A DNA stretch of 64,000 bases from assembly GCA_965216875.1 (NCBI GenBank), contig OZ244207.1, positions 6,080,001-6,144,000 of the forward strand. The letters are read 5' to 3'. The translations under genes and the position numbers were made by a program. This DNA is from Rubripirellula sp. GTDB taxonomy: Bacteria > Planctomycetota > Planctomycetia > Pirellulales > Pirellulaceae. The notes under the pieces are model-generated. The model was not told the DNA's origin, ran no database searches, and was given only the letters and a program-made list of their open reading frames with translations. Numbering within the stretch: position 1 is the first letter of the stretch; each line of letters begins with the position of its first letter. Positions 40,595 to 50,453 of this stretch are shown piece after piece.

Positions 40595-40843
40595 GGGGAC
40601 AGGCACAAAGCGGGGCACAAAACGGGCAAAACGGGGGACAGGCATGAAGTTGATGCCTGTCCCCGCTTTCAGATCGGCCGCGCTTCTGATGAAGCATCAC
40701 CTTGCTAGCATTCCGATGCGTGGATTGCGGGGACAGGCATTCAGATTGACGGGACAGGCATTGACGAAATGCCTGTCCCCCGTTCGCTGGGCTGTCCCCA
40801 CGTTGCCCTACGCGCGCCTGTCCCCCTTCGCGCGCCTGTCCCC
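40595..40843. repeat. GGGGACAGGCA motif cluster 3
   Basis: Forward copies at 40595, 40634, 40729, 40751; reverse copies at 40654, 40770, 40816, 40834. Two hairpins (40634/40654 and 40751/40770), both with 9-nt loops. Confidence 0.9.
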
Positions 40844-40984
40844 TGGTTGGCGGTACCCGATTTGGCGCGGGTTGTCGCTTAATCTTGGGGTTGCTTTAAG
40901 CCGATAGGAACCGAGTGTTGCCTCTGCTTCCACATTGCGCGTACGGCCTTCGTCAGACACCCGACTCTTTCACATGATCCTGCA

Positions 40985-42424
40985 ATGACGTGGAGCCGAT
41001 TCAGCTTTTGGGTGTTTGCTATCACATGTGGGCTCAACGCCTTCGCGCAGCCCCCATCTGACCCCTCCGGCTCACTCGATCGGCTTGAACACCTCGAGGC
41101 AACCGTTCAGCTGCTGCAGCTAGAGCTCGAGCGACTCCACGAAGATCGTTCTGTAACTCAGGTGCTCGGCCACGATCGCGTCGAAATCCCTCATCCTTGC
41201 GACGCACCCGCCTGCGACGGAGCCGATCCCACCCACTCAAGAACCCACTACGTCACCTACGACGATGGCTGGGTGCTGCGTCCGTTCGATCGTGTTACGA
41301 CACCGTTCGAATTGAAGTTCAACCTTCACAACCAGTTTCGTTACACCGGCTTTAATCGCTCCGTCCGAACATTCACCAACAGCGCTGGCACGACCACACC
41401 CATCCGCAGTCGAAACGACTTTGACGTCAACCGCGGCCGGCTTGTCTTTTCGGGATACGCGTTTGATCCGCGTTTCACCTTCTACACCAACATTGACTAC
41501 AACACCGTCGCCCAAAACCCCGTGCTTCTGCTGCTCTCTTGGATCTCGTTTCGCCACAGTGACGCGTTGACGATTAGTGCAGGGCTTGGCAAGGTTCCGG
41601 GCACCTGGGAATGGATCGAAACTTCGCGCCGAACACTCGGATCAGAACGAACGATGGCAACAACCTTCTTTCGTCCTTCAATCACCGCAGGGATCTGGGC
41701 CAACGGCGAACTCTTCGAAAACATCTACTACGAAGCTCTCGTTGGCGACGGATTCAATACCTTCACGCTTCGCGCCAGCGAACTCGATACCAACCTCGCG
41801 TATTCAGCCAGCGTGTGGGCGGAACCGCTTGGCGATTTTGGCGTCGGCTTTTCTGACCTGGAAGAACACGCGTGCTTGGCGATGCGAATTGGCCATGGCT
41901 TCACCTTCGCCAGCAACGATAGCGAACCGACGGGCGAACCCGGCCCGGAACAGACCGTCATTCGACTCTCAGATGGAACACGGCTCGTCGAACCAGGCGC
42001 TCTCGCCCCCGGGGTCACCGTCAATCAGTTCGACATCTCACTCTACGCCGTCCACCTCGGCCTCAAATATCGTGGCGCAAGTTTCGCAACCGAGTACTTC
42101 TTTCGATGGCTCACATCACTCGAAGGAAACGGGCCTCTTCCGGTCAACTCGCTGTTTGATCACGGCTTCTATGTCCAGGGAGGCCTGTTTGTCATCCCGA
42201 AGCGGCTCGAACTTTACTCGATTGGATCCCACGTTACAGGTGACTACGGTTCAGGCCACGAGATCGCCGCAGGCTTCAACTACTACGTTGGCGGCCGACG
42301 AGGATCGCGCATTACCTTCGATGTGTCGCACATCAACGATTCACCTGCCGACCAGAGTCGCACCGGCTTTGTCGCTGGCGCAAGCGGCACACTTTTTCGC
42401 GCTCAGATGTGGACGTTCTTTTAG
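40985..42424 (+). CDS. Outer-membrane porin (OprO/OprP-like beta barrel)
   Basis: Signal peptide, short coiled coil, amphipathic strands (RGRLVFSGYAF), C-terminal Phe. Confidence 0.75.
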   Translation: MTWSRFSFWVFAITCGLNAFAQPPSDPSGSLDRLEHLEATVQLLQLELERLHEDRSVTQVLGHDRVEIPHPCDAPACDGADPTHSRTHYVTYDDGWVLRPFDRVTTPFELKFNLHNQFRYTGFNRSVRTFTNSAGTTTPIRSRNDFDVNRGRLVFSGYAFDPRFTFYTNIDYNTVAQNPVLLLLSWISFRHSDALTISAGLGKVPGTWEWIETSRRTLGSERTMATTFFRPSITAGIWANGELFENIYYEALVGDGFNTFTLRASELDTNLAYSASVWAEPLGDFGVGFSDLEEHACLAMRIGHGFTFASNDSEPTGEPGPEQTVIRLSDGTRLVEPGALAPGVTVNQFDISLYAVHLGLKYRGASFATEYFFRWLTSLEGNGPLPVNSLFDHGFYVQGGLFVIPKRLELYSIGSHVTGDYGSGHEIAAGFNYYVGGRRGSRITFDVSHINDSPADQSRTGFVAGASGTLFRAQMWTFF

Positions 42425-42450
42425 CCGGTCGCGAAAGCTACGCAAGCCAT

Positions 42451-42726
42451 TCAAAGAACGCCAACACGCTCCAGCAGCCGCTTAAAGAACCCGCGACCCG
42501 ATTGAACATCCTGAGCCGAATCAACACGTTCGAACTCACCCTCACTGCCTGAACCAACACTCGGCTTTTTGCTCACCGCCGCTTCGCAGTCGCTTTCACA
42601 GCTCGCGTGATTCTCTAGCCAATCCTGCTTGGCGTAATCCCAGCCGACATCGTAGCCAGCCTTCTCGCTTAGGAAGTACTTGTGCGTTTCTACTTCAGCG
42701 ACTTCTTGCTCTGTCAAATCTCTCAT
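42451..42726 (-). CDS. Small DUF4032-like protein
   Basis: HKYFLSEKAGYDVGWDYAKQDW motif. Confidence 0.7.
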   Translation of the reverse strand: MRDLTEQEVAEVETHKYFLSEKAGYDVGWDYAKQDWLENHASCESDCEAAVSKKPSVGSGSEGEFERVDSAQDVQSGRGFFKRLLERVGVL

Positions 42727-42959
42727 CCGTTGATCCCCCGCGAAATGATCGGGCAAAGACTCCTTCAACACGCGTCGATTTTAGGGCCAGCTCGGAACTC
42801 TCAAAGGATCCAATCTCGCAGCCTCCATCAGCAGCGACTCGATCGCCCTAAACCGGTCGCTGCGAGGGATCATCACGCCCTAGAAAACGCATCGGCGAAT
42901 TGCAAGCTTTCATGCGCCCAACTGTCCATCTCGCCACCGCACGATCAACCTGGCACTAG

Positions 42960-43481
42960 CTAGCCTGACGCAACCTTTTCCAGAACCTGATGTATCACTT
43001 CCGCGAGCCGACCGTTGGTTGTGACGAGCGTGACAGTCTCGAGCTCGCGGTATCGACTCAAAAAGAGTTCCCGGGAAACCGCAGCAAATTCCTTCTCACT
43101 GACCCGGCCGTAACCACAACCAAGGCAAGCCGCAGCGATCGACTTACAACCAACCTCAGCAAGTTGCTTGATCGCTCCGTCATAGGTTCGCAGTATCGTC
43201 TCGACATCCGTGTCGTAAAACCCATCGATCGACACCGCGTGGGCCACCGCCTTGAAAGTCGAACCGCATGGCGGCGCAACGACCGATTGGCCAGGTGAAA
43301 GAAAAGGAACACCACGCTCACGAAAGACGCCATGCAAGAATGTCTGCATTTCATCTCCGTAGCGAAGCCCAAACGCTCCGCCGACGCCACCCGACAGATT
43401 CAAGTGTGGGTTCGCCGAACAAATCAAACCCTCAGCGTTCGATTCAAGTAAATCACCCTGCTCTACCTTCCACCGCGTCAT
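42960..43481 (-). CDS. Macro domain (ADP-ribose binding/hydrolase) protein
   Basis: QGDLL, SANPHLNLSGGVGGA, AHAV, SIAAACLGCGYG. Confidence 0.85.
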   Translation of the reverse strand: MTRWKVEQGDLLESNAEGLICSANPHLNLSGGVGGAFGLRYGDEMQTFLHGVFRERGVPFLSPGQSVVAPPCGSTFKAVAHAVSIDGFYDTDVETILRTYDGAIKQLAEVGCKSIAAACLGCGYGRVSEKEFAAVSRELFLSRYRELETVTLVTTNGRLAEVIHQVLEKVASG

Positions 43482-43503
43482 GCCGCCCTCGTGATCGCCA
43501 ACC

Positions 43504-45453
43504 TCAAACCGCTGCAACTTCTTTGATCTGCTTTGGCCAACTGAAGATGAACGAGGCACCCTGGCCAGGCTTCGACTCAAGTCGAATATCGCCACCATAT
43601 TCACGCACAAGTCGACGGATGATCGCCAACCCCATTCCGCTGCCTTCGACTTCGTCTTTCGTTCTTAGACTTTGGAACATCTCAAAGATCTTTTCGTGGT
43701 ACTGTTCCTCAATGCCGGGCCCATCATCCGACACGGTGAACCGCACCATGTCTTCGTCTTCCTCCGCGATGACCGACACCGTTCCACAGTCTTTGTCGTG
43801 ATGCTTGAAGGCGTTTCCGATCAGGTTCATCACCACTTGCCGCAACGGAGTCGCATAGGTTTCGAGCGATGAGACATTCGATTGGACAACCACACGAAAC
43901 CCTTCTGGTGGAGACAACAATTCGACGGCGTCTTCCACGAATTCAACGACGTCGATGCTTTGCAGATTGCCGTTTTGCCGACCCACGCGTGAATACACCA
44001 GCAGATCATCAAGCAACGATTCCATCCGGTGAGCCCGCTGCTCGAGCTTGTCGAGATACTCGCGTGACAGCTCCGAAAGATTGTCCGCTTCGTCTTCGCG
44101 CAGAAAAGTCACCAAGTTCGAAATACCGCGCAACGGCGAACGCAGGTCGTGGGATGCAACGTACGCAAAGTGTTCGAGATCGGAATTGGCCTGTTTCAGT
44201 TCGCCAATCGACTTCTTGAGTGTGGTCGTATCAACGATGATCGCAACGAAGCACTCGTGCCCGTTGTAGTCCGTCCGCTGCAAATGCACTTCGACGTTGT
44301 AAAGACTCGTGTCTTTGCGTTGGTGGACCGTCTCAAAGCTCAAGTAATCCTGCTGTCCGTTTCTCAGCGGTTCAACGAGCTTGACGAACATCGGCAACTC
44401 GAATTCAGGCTTGATATCCAGTGGCGTCATCGCCTTGAGTTCTTCAAGCGTGTAGCCAAGGTTCTTCGTCGCGCCTTGGTTGACGTATTCAAAATGAAGG
44501 GTATCCCGTCTGAAGATAAAGATCTCGTTTCGCGATCGATCAACGATTTCACCCAAACGTTTGAGGGTCACTTCCACCCGTTTGATGTCGGTGATGTCAC
44601 GGCTCGTCGCCAAGACGATTTCTTCGTCACCAAGAGCGACCTTTTGGTGGCGTGTCGAGACGGTGATGTTGCGGCCATCCTTCGTTTCGTAGTGAACTTC
44701 CCCTGTCCATTCGCCTCGTGATGCAATTCCCTCGTCGATCTCTTGCCAAGAAGTCGGTCGGATCTCCCCTAGCAACTCTTTGGTGTCCGTTCCGATTGCA
44801 ACTTCTTTGGAATAACCAAACAATTGTTCGGCGCCGCGATTCCAACTTTTCACTCCATCGCGACGCGTCCAAGAATAGATCGCGTCGTGGCTCAATTCGA
44901 TCAACTGAGAGTTCTTGTGGAGCGCAACGCCCGCCGCTAGCTTCGCTTGCTCGGCAGCGCGCAGTGCAAAGATTTGCTCAACTTGTTCCGACAAAACGCG
45001 CAGCGCCGCAATCTGTTTTTCGGTGATCTGGCGCGGCTGACGATCGATCAGGCAAAGAGTGCCTACTGGCAGTGAGTCTTCTCCTGGCGCACGCAGAGGC
45101 ATTCCAGCATAAAAGCGAATCAACGGATCGGTCAGCACCAGCGGATTGTCGGCAAATCGAGGATCCAACGTCGCGTCTTCGACAATCAACGGGTGATCGC
45201 GATCAAGAATCGCGTGTGAACAAAACGATTGACTGCGAGGCGTTTCGCACGCATCGATACCTACTTTTGACTTAAACCACTGCCGATCGTTGTCCACCAG
45301 ACTAAGAAGTGCAATCGGAACTTCAGCGATCTGAGCAGCAAGATCGACCAACCCGTCATACAAACTCTCCGCCGCCGTATCGAGAATCTCCAAATCGTAG
45401 AGAGCCTTGATCCGCCGCGATTCTTCTGGATGCTTTGCAGAAGCAGGCATCAA
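43504..45453 (-). CDS. Cytoplasmic sensor histidine kinase (GAF-PAS-PAS-HisKA-HATPase)
   Basis: GAF (DPRFADNPLV...RFYAG), two PAS domains, FAYVASHDLRSPL, NLIGNA, DDGPGI, GSGMGL. Confidence 0.92.
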   Translation of the reverse strand: MMPASAKHPEESRRIKALYDLEILDTAAESLYDGLVDLAAQIAEVPIALLSLVDNDRQWFKSKVGIDACETPRSQSFCSHAILDRDHPLIVEDATLDPRFADNPLVLTDPLIRFYAGMPLRAPGEDSLPVGTLCLIDRQPRQITEKQIAALRVLSEQVEQIFALRAAEQAKLAAGVALHKNSQLIELSHDAIYSWTRRDGVKSWNRGAEQLFGYSKEVAIGTDTKELLGEIRPTSWQEIDEGIASRGEWTGEVHYETKDGRNITVSTRHQKVALGDEEIVLATSRDITDIKRVEVTLKRLGEIVDRSRNEIFIFRRDTLHFEYVNQGATKNLGYTLEELKAMTPLDIKPEFELPMFVKLVEPLRNGQQDYLSFETVHQRKDTSLYNVEVHLQRTDYNGHECFVAIIVDTTTLKKSIGELKQANSDLEHFAYVASHDLRSPLRGISNLVTFLREDEADNLSELSREYLDKLEQRAHRMESLLDDLLVYSRVGRQNGNLQSIDVVEFVEDAVELLSPPEGFRVVVQSNVSSLETYATPLRQVVMNLIGNAFKHHDKDCGTVSVIAEEDEDMVRFTVSDDGPGIEEQYHEKIFEMFQSLRTKDEVEGSGMGLAIIRRLVREYGGDIRLESKPGQGASFIFSWPKQIKEVAAV

Positions 45454-45634
45454 TCACCCCAAAACACGTGTGCAAGCTGAACAGCAATCTCAGAAAAGAC
45501 CGCCACCCACCATTGTTCCACGTCGACCAGAGCCGATCGATACCAATCCGTGTCACGGTGACAGAATTACTGAACGTTTGCGTGTGTCGATCACGCGACG
45601 TGCTGGCCGCCGGAGGTGCTTATCGAAGGCAACG

Positions 45635-45787
45635 TCACGACGCACCGATCGAGTACCAAACGACAATCATCCCCATGATCAAGGCCGTGACAACGCAAAC
45701 GATCACGCCGACAAAGAGCAAGATCACGTTACGAGACAACCAACCCGACTTTCTTTGTTGTTCGTTTGGTGGGTCGTAGGGGTTCAT
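45635..45787 (-). CDS. Small single-pass membrane protein (50 aa), absent from ORF track
   Basis: MNPYDPPNEQQRKSGWLSRNVILLFVGVIVCVVTALIMGMIVVWYSIGAS; starts 5 nt after the upstream stop. Confidence 0.6.
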   Translation of the reverse strand: MNPYDPPNEQQRKSGWLSRNVILLFVGVIVCVVTALIMGMIVVWYSIGAS

Positions 45788-45792
45788 TCTCT

Positions 45793-46122
45793 CTAGGGCT
45801 CCACGATCAGACCACCAAACGGTTCCTGGGCGTCTCGCGGATAGCCTTCAGGAGGCCAAGTCGGGGACTCTTCCACCAAATCACCAGAGATGACGTCGTA
45901 TTCATCGGGATGCACACCTGGAAGGACACTTTCATCGAGATGCGCACCTGGAAGGACACTCGGTACTGGAGCGATCAAGTCCGAAGCTTCGTGTGCCCGA
46001 TGTGCGAAGACTTGGTAGAGAACGATCGACGCCGTCCCTCCAACTGCAATGAGCGTTCCGAAGAACGCAGTCACCGTGCAGCAGACGATCAACGTCTTCT
46101 TAATAAGCTCGCCGTTTGTCAT
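45793..46122 (-). CDS. Small membrane-anchored protein with internal 10-aa repeat
   Basis: N-terminal TM; SVLPGAHLDE/SVLPGVHPDE encoded by a 30-bp tandem repeat at 45901-45960. Confidence 0.55.
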   Translation of the reverse strand: MTNGELIKKTLIVCCTVTAFFGTLIAVGGTASIVLYQVFAHRAHEASDLIAPVPSVLPGAHLDESVLPGVHPDEYDVISGDLVEESPTWPPEGYPRDAQEPFGGLIVEP

Positions 46123-46538
46123 CACCGCACCCTCATCAGCGTCAAAAGAAAAGCCACGTGACCCAAGCAACGGATCACGTGGCGATTGTGTTTGATGATG
46201 CCAATCGCTGCCGCAGCCGACCTCTAGGAAAAGCTGAGACAGCGACTTCGATTGAGCCCACAGACTCGTTCGATCGCCTGATGCTATTGCGTTTCGGACC
46301 ACAATGCAAACAAAAACAGCCGCACAACCTGCTGGCAGGCGCGGGCAGTGCAAAAGAAAAGCACCCACGTGGTCTTTAAGCGAGCCCTCATTCGATCAGC
46401 GCCAACACGGTTCGCAAGGAATCTTGACGAACCACCGGGCACTTGCAATCGTATTGCATCAGCGATGACGCATCGGGTGTCGTCGATTGGCGGGGACTCT
46501 ACGCTACTTTCCTCTTCAACGATTCAAGGAGCACGCTT

Positions 46539-46985
46539 GTGAGGACGCCAACGATACTCATGATTGCGATCGCCACCTTCGCCGGTTGTTCCAGCGACGA
46601 AGGTGCGAAACAGGATCAGCTCCTGCCTTCACTGCAGGTTGTGCGAGGAGCCGAGTTGCAGGACTTTGTGTCCTCTTGCGACACACCCGTCCTTGTCGAA
46701 TTTGGCGTTGACTACCAATGCGAGCGTTGTCGCCAAATGAAGGGCGGTGTCGAGGAACTTGCTGACAAATTCTCTGGCAAAGCAGAAGTTGTTCGGGTGG
46801 ACTTCAATTCCAATGCTCCACTGGTCGCTCAGTTCGGTGGAACCATCTGCCCAACCTATGTCTTCTTTCAAGATGGACAACCGGTTAGGACAGAGAGCTT
46901 TCCTGTGTCCGCCGACATTTTGGAGTCGCAACTAACTGATCTGACGCAATCCTCGCCTTTCGCTCCGCGTGGAGACGCTTTGTAG
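46539..46985 (+). CDS. Thioredoxin-family lipoprotein
   Basis: AAGGAG SD, lipobox FAGC, CERC active site, cis-Pro motif CPTYVFF. Confidence 0.8.
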   Translation: MRTPTILMIAIATFAGCSSDEGAKQDQLLPSLQVVRGAELQDFVSSCDTPVLVEFGVDYQCERCRQMKGGVEELADKFSGKAEVVRVDFNSNAPLVAQFGGTICPTYVFFQDGQPVRTESFPVSADILESQLTDLTQSSPFAPRGDAL

Positions 46986-47066
46986 GTCATGCTCCGCATG
47001 ACGAACGTTTCCATTGCGTGTAATGGAACGCAAGGCGCGGCGCACTGGTGAGCGGCTGTGGATTAT

Positions 47067-47255
47067 GTGAGCCGAACGCGCTAGCGTCGGGCCCTCAGGT
47101 TGGCTGTTGAAACACGGTGGGCTAGCGTCTTGCCGCTGCCTGGTCACCTTTTGTAGTCCCGCCTTCAGGCGGATCGCGAGAAAATTCCGGCTAAAGCCGG
47201 TACTACGAACGGTGCGCCGCTCTCCGCAGTACCACGCTCTTGCGAGCGTAGCTAC
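47067..47255. repeat. Composite REP cluster
   Basis: GTGAGCCGAACGCGCTAGCGTCGGGC, GTAGTCCCGCCTTCAGGCGG, TTCCGGCTAAAGCCGGTACTAC, CCACGCTCTTGCGAGCGTAGCTAC. Confidence 0.85.
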
Positions 47256-47310
47256 GGGATTCTTTGAAGTCGCCGATCCAATGCCCGCTCGTTCCCAGTA
47301 AGATGGTGGA

Positions 47311-47574
47311 ATGTCACTCACATTCACCAGCGCAAGCCAGTTAGATCGTTTCGTCGAACGATTCATTGCGCGGCTCGAACTCACGGACGAACACTGCCAA
47401 CTTCGACCAAGTATCTTTCCGGCGGGCCGCTACCCAGAAGAAGCGTACGGCGTTTGGGCTGACTGGTGGGAAGAGGCTGGCGACAATGAAAGGGCGGCTG
47501 CCTGTCGCCAACGACTCGAAGTGCTCATGCCGCCATCGACACGCCATCTTCAGCACGACACACCACATTCATAG
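47311..47574 (+). CDS. Hypothetical protein
   Basis: 87-aa ORF containing YGVWADWWEEAGD. Confidence 0.5.
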   Translation: MSLTFTSASQLDRFVERFIARLELTDEHCQLRPSIFPAGRYPEEAYGVWADWWEEAGDNERAAACRQRLEVLMPPSTRHLQHDTPHS

Positions 47575-47672
47575 TTTGCACACGTAAACTCGATCGGCCA
47601 TTGGCGATACGGTCGGTGCGCGATGCAACGCTTTCGGTCCTCGCCAGTCTCACCGTCGTCGGACACCGAATC

Positions 47673-48053
47673 ATGAAGCGTCTCCCCGATACCTCTGCCG
47701 GCGTTCCCAAGCAGAACAGCGATGCTGGCCAAATCACAACGACGCCCAATCGGAAACGTGAGATCGGTTTTGCGGCGTCGATGCTTGGCTATGGTCTAAC
47801 GCTGTTTGTCGCGGCTGTCTTTTTCGCGCGATCGCCACCAGGCCTCGACCCAACGCTTGACGGCACCGAACGGTTTGCTGAGGAGATTGGTCACGGATTC
47901 ATTGGGCTGTTACTGATACTCGCTGGAATCGCGGCAAGCTTGGTGTTTGGTGGAATCGGGGCGATGCTTGGAAGCAGAGCGGGAAAGACGCTCGTGTTGA
48001 TCGGATGCGCGTTTTTGGTGCTATCGGCAGGTTTTGCCCTGATCGCAAACTAG
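47673..48053 (+). CDS. Small membrane protein (3 TM)
   Basis: Three hydrophobic segments; start uncertain. Confidence 0.6.
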   Translation: MKRLPDTSAGVPKQNSDAGQITTTPNRKREIGFAASMLGYGLTLFVAAVFFARSPPGLDPTLDGTERFAEEIGHGFIGLLLILAGIAASLVFGGIGAMLGSRAGKTLVLIGCAFLVLSAGFALIAN

Positions 48054-48188
48054 ACAACGCAAATACCGCCTGCCCGCGTGCGCTCGCGGGCAGGCGGCTT
48101 ACACAACATGGCATTGCAAAAGGCACAGTGCCATGGCGGCGAAGATAGCCGAGCGTCATGTGCGCGGTGTTAAGATTGCCGCGAACGC

Positions 48189-48229
48189 AAAAGAAAACCC
48201 GCCCGAACGCTCAAAGGCACTCGGGCGGG
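48189..48229 (-). terminator. Rho-independent terminator downstream of tRNA
   Basis: CCCGCCCGA...TCGGGCGGG stem followed by TTTTCTTTT on the minus strand. Confidence 0.75.
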
Positions 48230-48369
48230 CGATTTGGAGACGAACTGAAGAGGCAGCATCAGCCCGCCAGTAATGCTGATAGCGCGGGGCACTGTGCTAT
48301 CAGCATTGACCTCAACGAGGTGATGTCCGTCTGGACGTTGCATCCGTCAACGCAACGAAGAAAATTCAA

Positions 48370-48446
<77 letters not shown>

Positions 48447-48593
48447 CGATGCGTGTGGGCATCTTATTCTCTCCCCGCCGTTGCTGGGAAGGATGGTCGT
48501 TTCGCTTCACGCATGTCGCCAAAACACGCGCATCGCAATACCCTCGCACCACTACGGCTGGGACACTGCGAACGGCGTGGGTGTTCGCACCGG

Positions 48594-49325
48594 CTATTTC
48601 GCCAATGCAGCGCGGACGCTCTTTGCAACCTGCTCGGCGAGTTTGGCCGATCCGTCTTGCGTGTAGTGAACATTGGCCGGTCGCTGCTCGGCGTGCTTGA
48701 GCGCGAATTCGAAGAGCGGATTGATTTCGATTCCACCCACTTCTTCGATCGCTTTCCTTGCCGCTTCGTTGTATCGCTTGGAATCACCCACGACGCGGCC
48801 TTTGGCCCCTTTGGGCACCGGTGTCGTTTCGCAAAAAATGACCTTCGCGCCGGTCTTCTTCAGCCGATTGGCAATCTTCTTGATGTTCTTGGCGTATTGG
48901 TCGAGCGGAACCTGTTGGTGGCTACCAGCCGCATCGGGCTCGGCAAGGTTTTCGCCGTTTGGCCCGAGGTACTTCAGATCGTGCAGCCCGTGATTGAAAT
49001 GAATCACATCCCACTTGCGGTCGCCAATCCAATTTTCGAGTGATTCCAAACCTCGCGTGGTTGGTCCACAATTGGTCGCGGGTCGCCAAACATTGGCCTG
49101 ACCCGAAAGCGCTTCGCGAGCTGGCAGCATGTAGCCGATCGAGATCGAATCGCCGATCAGCAAGACGTTCGGCAATCCTTGCACCACTTCCGGGGGCTGG
49201 AATTGGGCGGGGATTTTTCTGACCGGTTTTTTCGGCTTCGCTTTATCCTGTGCGTATGTTTCCAAAGAAACTCCGGCCAAGACCAACAGAGCAACGAGCC
49301 AACGGCAAGCGAAAAGCTTTGTCAT
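48594..49325 (-). CDS. SGNH/GDSL hydrolase
   Basis: LIGDSIS, FNHGLHD, NVHY; signal peptide. Confidence 0.88.
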   Translation of the reverse strand: MTKLFACRWLVALLVLAGVSLETYAQDKAKPKKPVRKIPAQFQPPEVVQGLPNVLLIGDSISIGYMLPAREALSGQANVWRPATNCGPTTRGLESLENWIGDRKWDVIHFNHGLHDLKYLGPNGENLAEPDAAGSHQQVPLDQYAKNIKKIANRLKKTGAKVIFCETTPVPKGAKGRVVGDSKRYNEAARKAIEEVGGIEINPLFEFALKHAEQRPANVHYTQDGSAKLAEQVAKSVRAALAK

Positions 49326-49364
49326 TTGAGATACCCAACGATTGTCTTTTGAGACGAATGATTT

Positions 49365-50453
49365 ATGTCGGAAGCTGAACTTCGAGCCACCTATCGTATT
49401 CTCGACGCCTCCTCGAATCGAGCCTCGGAGGGACTCCGCACACTCGAAGAGTTTGCACGATTCCTGCTGGATGATGCCGAAGCGACCGCCGACCTGAAAG
49501 CGGCCCGTCACGAACTGGCAGCCGCGTTGACGCGATTTCCGCGTACTTTGCTGCTGTCTTCGCGCGACACCGACTCGGATGTGGGCACGGAAATCTCGCA
49601 GCCGAGCGAATGGGTGCGCCAAAACGTTGGCGAAGTGGTCGCCGCCGCCGCTTCGCGAACAGCCCAATCGCTTCGCGTGCTCGAAGAATACGGAAAAACG
49701 ATCGACGCCGAGGTTGCCGCGCGGATCGAACAATTGCGTTACCGCTGCTACACGATCTTCGCCAACCTCGAATTGAAACTCTCTCGAAACGTCCGGCGTC
49801 AACGACTTGCCGAATCCCATCTTTACGCGTTAGTCGAAGCAGGCGAAGACGCAAACCAATTCGCCGATCTGGTTCGCCTGCTCTTCACGAGTGGCGTCGA
49901 CATCATTCAACTTCGTGACCACAACCACGACGATCGAACGCTCATCGAACGCGCGAAACTTGCAATGGCGATTCGCCACGAAGTGGGCGGGCTGTTTATC
50001 GTCAACGATCGCGCCGACCTTGCACTTGCCGCCGATGCCGATGGTGTGCATGTCGGGCAAGAAGAGTTGCCGGTTGATGTGGCTCGGCAGATCCTTGGTC
50101 CTGAACGTCTGATCGGACTTTCGACCCACGACATCCATCAAGCGCGTCAGGCTCAACTCGCCGGCGCCGACTACATCGGCTGTGGGCCGGTTTTTCCCGG
50201 ACAGACCAAATCGTTTGACGACTACGTTGGTCCCGACTTCCTTCGCCAAGTTGCATCCAACATCGAGCTTCCCTCGTTCGCAATTGGAGGGATTGATGAA
50301 TCAAACGTCGACCAAGTGATCGATGCGGGTTTTCATCGAATCGCCGTGACGGGCGTGTTGAGAGACACCGACGATCCAGCCTCAACGTCGCGTGCCCTCA
50401 AGAACCAACTTGCCGCTGCTAGCGATCACACTGTGCCATCAGGTGATCGGTGA
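49365..50453 (+). CDS. thiE: Thiamine-phosphate synthase with N-terminal extension
   Basis: RILDASSNRASEGLR; QLRD, IVNDRADLA, DGVHVGQEE, GLSTH, FAIGGI. Confidence 0.92.
   Translation: MSEAELRATYRILDASSNRASEGLRTLEEFARFLLDDAEATADLKAARHELAAALTRFPRTLLLSSRDTDSDVGTEISQPSEWVRQNVGEVVAAAASRTAQSLRVLEEYGKTIDAEVAARIEQLRYRCYTIFANLELKLSRNVRRQRLAESHLYALVEAGEDANQFADLVRLLFTSGVDIIQLRDHNHDDRTLIERAKLAMAIRHEVGGLFIVNDRADLALAADADGVHVGQEELPVDVARQILGPERLIGLSTHDIHQARQAQLAGADYIGCGPVFPGQTKSFDDYVGPDFLRQVASNIELPSFAIGGIDESNVDQVIDAGFHRIAVTGVLRDTDDPASTSRALKNQLAAASDHTVPSGDR

Noticed and set aside
48594..49820. 408-aa version of the SGNH hydrolase
   Set aside because: The extension is antisense to thiE; the signal peptide begins at ATG 49325.
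50419..50453. 35-nt convergent overlap of thiE and the TlpA-like gene
   Set aside because: Short 3' overlaps are common and nothing suggests a function.
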